63,975 nucleotides of DNA from Octopus bimaculoides (lineage: Eukaryota), in contig NC_068999.1 of the NCBI RefSeq assembly GCF_001194135.2, positions 4,963,303-5,027,277 on the forward strand. The letters are read 5' to 3'. This document shows, piece after piece, positions 60,851 through 63,975 of this stretch (positions within the stretch are counted from its first letter, which is position 1; each line of letters starts with the position of its first letter). The position numbers and the translations under genes are program-made. The notes beneath the pieces were generated by a model. That model did no database searches and was not told the origin of the DNA. It saw only the letters and a list, made by a program, of their open reading frames with translations.

Positions 60851-62521
60851 TGAAGTGCCTGAGGACTTTTACCCCACAACCCTTCCAGGGAGAGTGGGCA
60901 GAGAAAATAGATGAATGAATGCAAAATCTGGTTTCTAGAAATTTTAGCCAACTTGTTTCTCTTCAGCCTATGACCAATATCCCACTATATGGTTACCATG
61001 GTTACTTTAGGAGCTCTGGTGGGGATGGGGAGATTGCATAACAAAACGAGGAAAAGCAATTCTGAGGTATTTTTATGTATTATTCTGCAGTATCTTTTTA
61101 TGTATTTTTTATGAGGTATTCTTCCAGCTCTTCACATTTTAAGTTCAGGTTTTTGTCAAGGTCAACTTAGCTTTCTATTGTTCATTCAGGGTCCATAAAA
61201 TAAAGGACCAGTGAAATACTAGGCACAGATGTACCAACTAACCCCACTTTCCTCAAAATCGCTGGCTTTCTGCTAAAAGTAGAAAAAAATATTGCATACC
61301 AATGTATGGAAACGATTTGAAAGGGTGGTGGCAGGACCTTGCAGTGTTGGAGACTGATGAATGACACTACATCACATTGGTTTGGTTTTACAAACAGAAG
61401 TGGGATCCAATCTAAACCCAGAATATTTATATATTGTTTTTTTTTTATGTATTAGTTGAGAAGTTGCGGGAGTGACTTCTCCACAGCATATAACTGGTAC
61501 TCTATACACACGTACACACACATGCATACATTCAATATATCTGTGTGTGATTATGTAATAACTTCACCCATTACATTTTGAAAAGCAAGAAATTTTTTAA
61601 AAAATACTTATAAATTGTCGATATTGTATTAACATAGATGTCGCTAGAGTCAGAAGAAATATTAAAGCAGCAGACTAGAATACTTATGATATATTGTCTT
61701 TTCTCTCTCTCTCTCTCTCCCTCCCCCCATCTCTCTCTCTCTCTTTCTCTCTCNNNNNNNNNNNNNNNNNNNNATTGTCTTTTCTCTCTCTCTCTCTCTC
61801 CCTCCCCCCATCTCTCTCTCTCTCTTTCTCTCTCTCTCACACACACTTAAAACACTGCCAGATCAGTTTTTGCTTTTCTTCCTTCTAATGGATGGGGGAA
61901 CAGTTAATCAGATAAATACCAGTAATATACTGAGGAGGAGGAGGAGGTGGTGGTGGTTGAAGCGATGTATTTCCAGGGACATTAGATTTTTCGTCAAAAC
62001 ACATGTACATATATATTATATACACCTTCACACATCCATACACATATTTATCAACACACACATATACACTATCTCTTGTTTACACATACACATTCTCACA
62101 CTTAAACTATCATATTAAGACATACATGCATGCACACACACACACAAGCTCTCACTGTTTCACAAACATATACATTGTCATATATATAGTCACACAACTT
62201 ATCTCTCTCACACACATATAATGCATGCACACGCACACATGCACACACACGTACATACACATCCTCACACATATGCACTATTGTGATAAAATAAAATATT
62301 TTTTTTTATATTTTACCAAAAAAAAATAAACGGAAAAAAAAAACAAGAAAAACAAACCTAAAAGTATTGTGATAACGATATCATTAAACATTTTTAATTG
62401 TAATTTTTTTTTTGTACTTTTCACACTTTACTAATTTATCTTTATTTCATTTTTTTGTTTTCTCCAAAAGAAAAAAAAAAGAAAATATATATATATATAT
62501 AATTTCTAACATGAGGTCTCT

Positions 62522-62553
<32 letters not shown>

Positions 62554-62694
62554 TAAAATAATAAGATAATAATAATGAAGATAATGATAACTACAATAAA
62601 AATATTTATTATAATTGATAATAATTAATTTATTGGTATATGTTTTGCATCATCATCATCATCATCATTTTAATCTATGTTTTTTCATGCTGGC

Positions 62695-62970
62695 CTGGTG
62701 GTTAGTGTGTTGCACTCCTGATTGTCAGGTCATGGGTTCGATTCCCAGGCCGACCAGGTGGTGTGGTGTGTCTTTGAGCAAAACATTTCATTTCATGTTT
62801 TTCCTGTCAACTCATCTATAAATTAGCAACCCTGAAATGGACTGGCGTCCCATCCAGGGTGGCCATGTTGTGATCTCAGTCGCTTGTTATACAATGGTAA
62901 CCGGGTAACCAGCCCCGCAAGCCCAAGGACCTGAGACAGTAACATCCAGGGCTTGATGATGATGATGATG
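62695..62970 (+). mobile_element. SINE family D variant with V-domain-like motif and (GAT)n tail
   Basis: GGGTTCGATTCCC B-box, GTGTCTTTGAGCAAAACA core, AACCCTGAAATGGACTGGCGTCCCATCCAGGGT motif, GATGATGATG tail. Confidence 0.7.
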
Positions 62971-63653
62971 CAGAGGAGGATTTCCATGCTGGCATGTGTT
63001 GGGTGAGACTTTTTGAAGCAGTGTTTCACAGCTGAATACTCACCCTGATGCCAACCCCTTTTTAGTCTTTTACAAAACAAAGTGATCCCTTATCTAGGGC
63101 CTTTGTGACAAATATGTGTCCATAAAGTCTGGACACATGGAAATACCGATAATATTCTTGTTTTTCTTTTTTTTTTCTTCACTACAGGCACCCTGTATAT
63201 ATGCAGGGTGGTATATATATATATATATATGTACCCTGTGTATGTGTAGAGTAGTAGAATGGTTTAATAGACTAAAAGGGGCCCTTAAAATAAGTCTTGC
63301 AGTATTTTGATCTCTGTATTCTGATTTCAAATCACAGGGTTGACTCAACCTTCCCCACTTTCCCTTAGTTGATAAATGTAAGGATACCAGTCATAAACCG
63401 GGTTTCATGTAATAGACTATGAAACTGTAGCCTTGTGCCTATATTAGAGAAACCATTGGCCGAACCATTAAAGTGGTTGACAAAATGCCTAACAGCATTT
63501 CTTCCAACTCTTTATGCTCTCAGTTGAAATTCTACTGGGGTCAGCTTTGTCACCCTTTCGGAATCAATAAAGTACCATTTAAGTACTAGGGGTTGAAATA
63601 ACTAACTTACCTCCTCCCTTAAAATTGTTGACCTTCTGCCAAAATTTGAAATC

Positions 63654-63857
<204 letters not shown>

Positions 63858-63975
63858 GCGGTGAGCTGGCAGAATCATTAGCACGCCAGGCAAAATGCTT
63901 AGCGGTATTTTGTCTGCCACTATGTTCTGAGTTCAAATTCTGCCAAAAACAGCTTCCCTTTTAATCCTCCTGGGT

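Overview
AT-rich eukaryotic genomic DNA, dense in microsatellites and containing several assembly gaps. The interspersed repeat families look like those of Octopus; this is an inference from recalled repeat motifs, not a database search. I can support one protein-coding gene: a + strand CLIP4/CLIP3-like CAP-Gly domain linker protein (ankyrin repeats plus three CAP-Gly domains). It has 12 coding exons from 25401 to 58426, all with GT-AG junctions in consistent phase (1875 nt, 624 aa), plus a candidate in-frame 18-nt microexon at 43330-43347. The rest is tRNA-derived SINEs, decayed LINE fragments (RTE and Tx1/L1 clades), a mariner relic, MITEs and simple repeats. Almost all ORFs in the supplied track are microsatellite or N-gap artefacts. 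The most unusual signals are: fold-back Penelope-type termini with degenerate minimal hammerhead ribozyme motifs (16923-17171, 53636-54019); a 160-nt hairpin with a sense-strand G-U bias just upstream of the microexon; and an N-terminal CxxC-x11-CxxC motif in the protein. I found no rRNA, genuine tRNA gene or CRISPR array.
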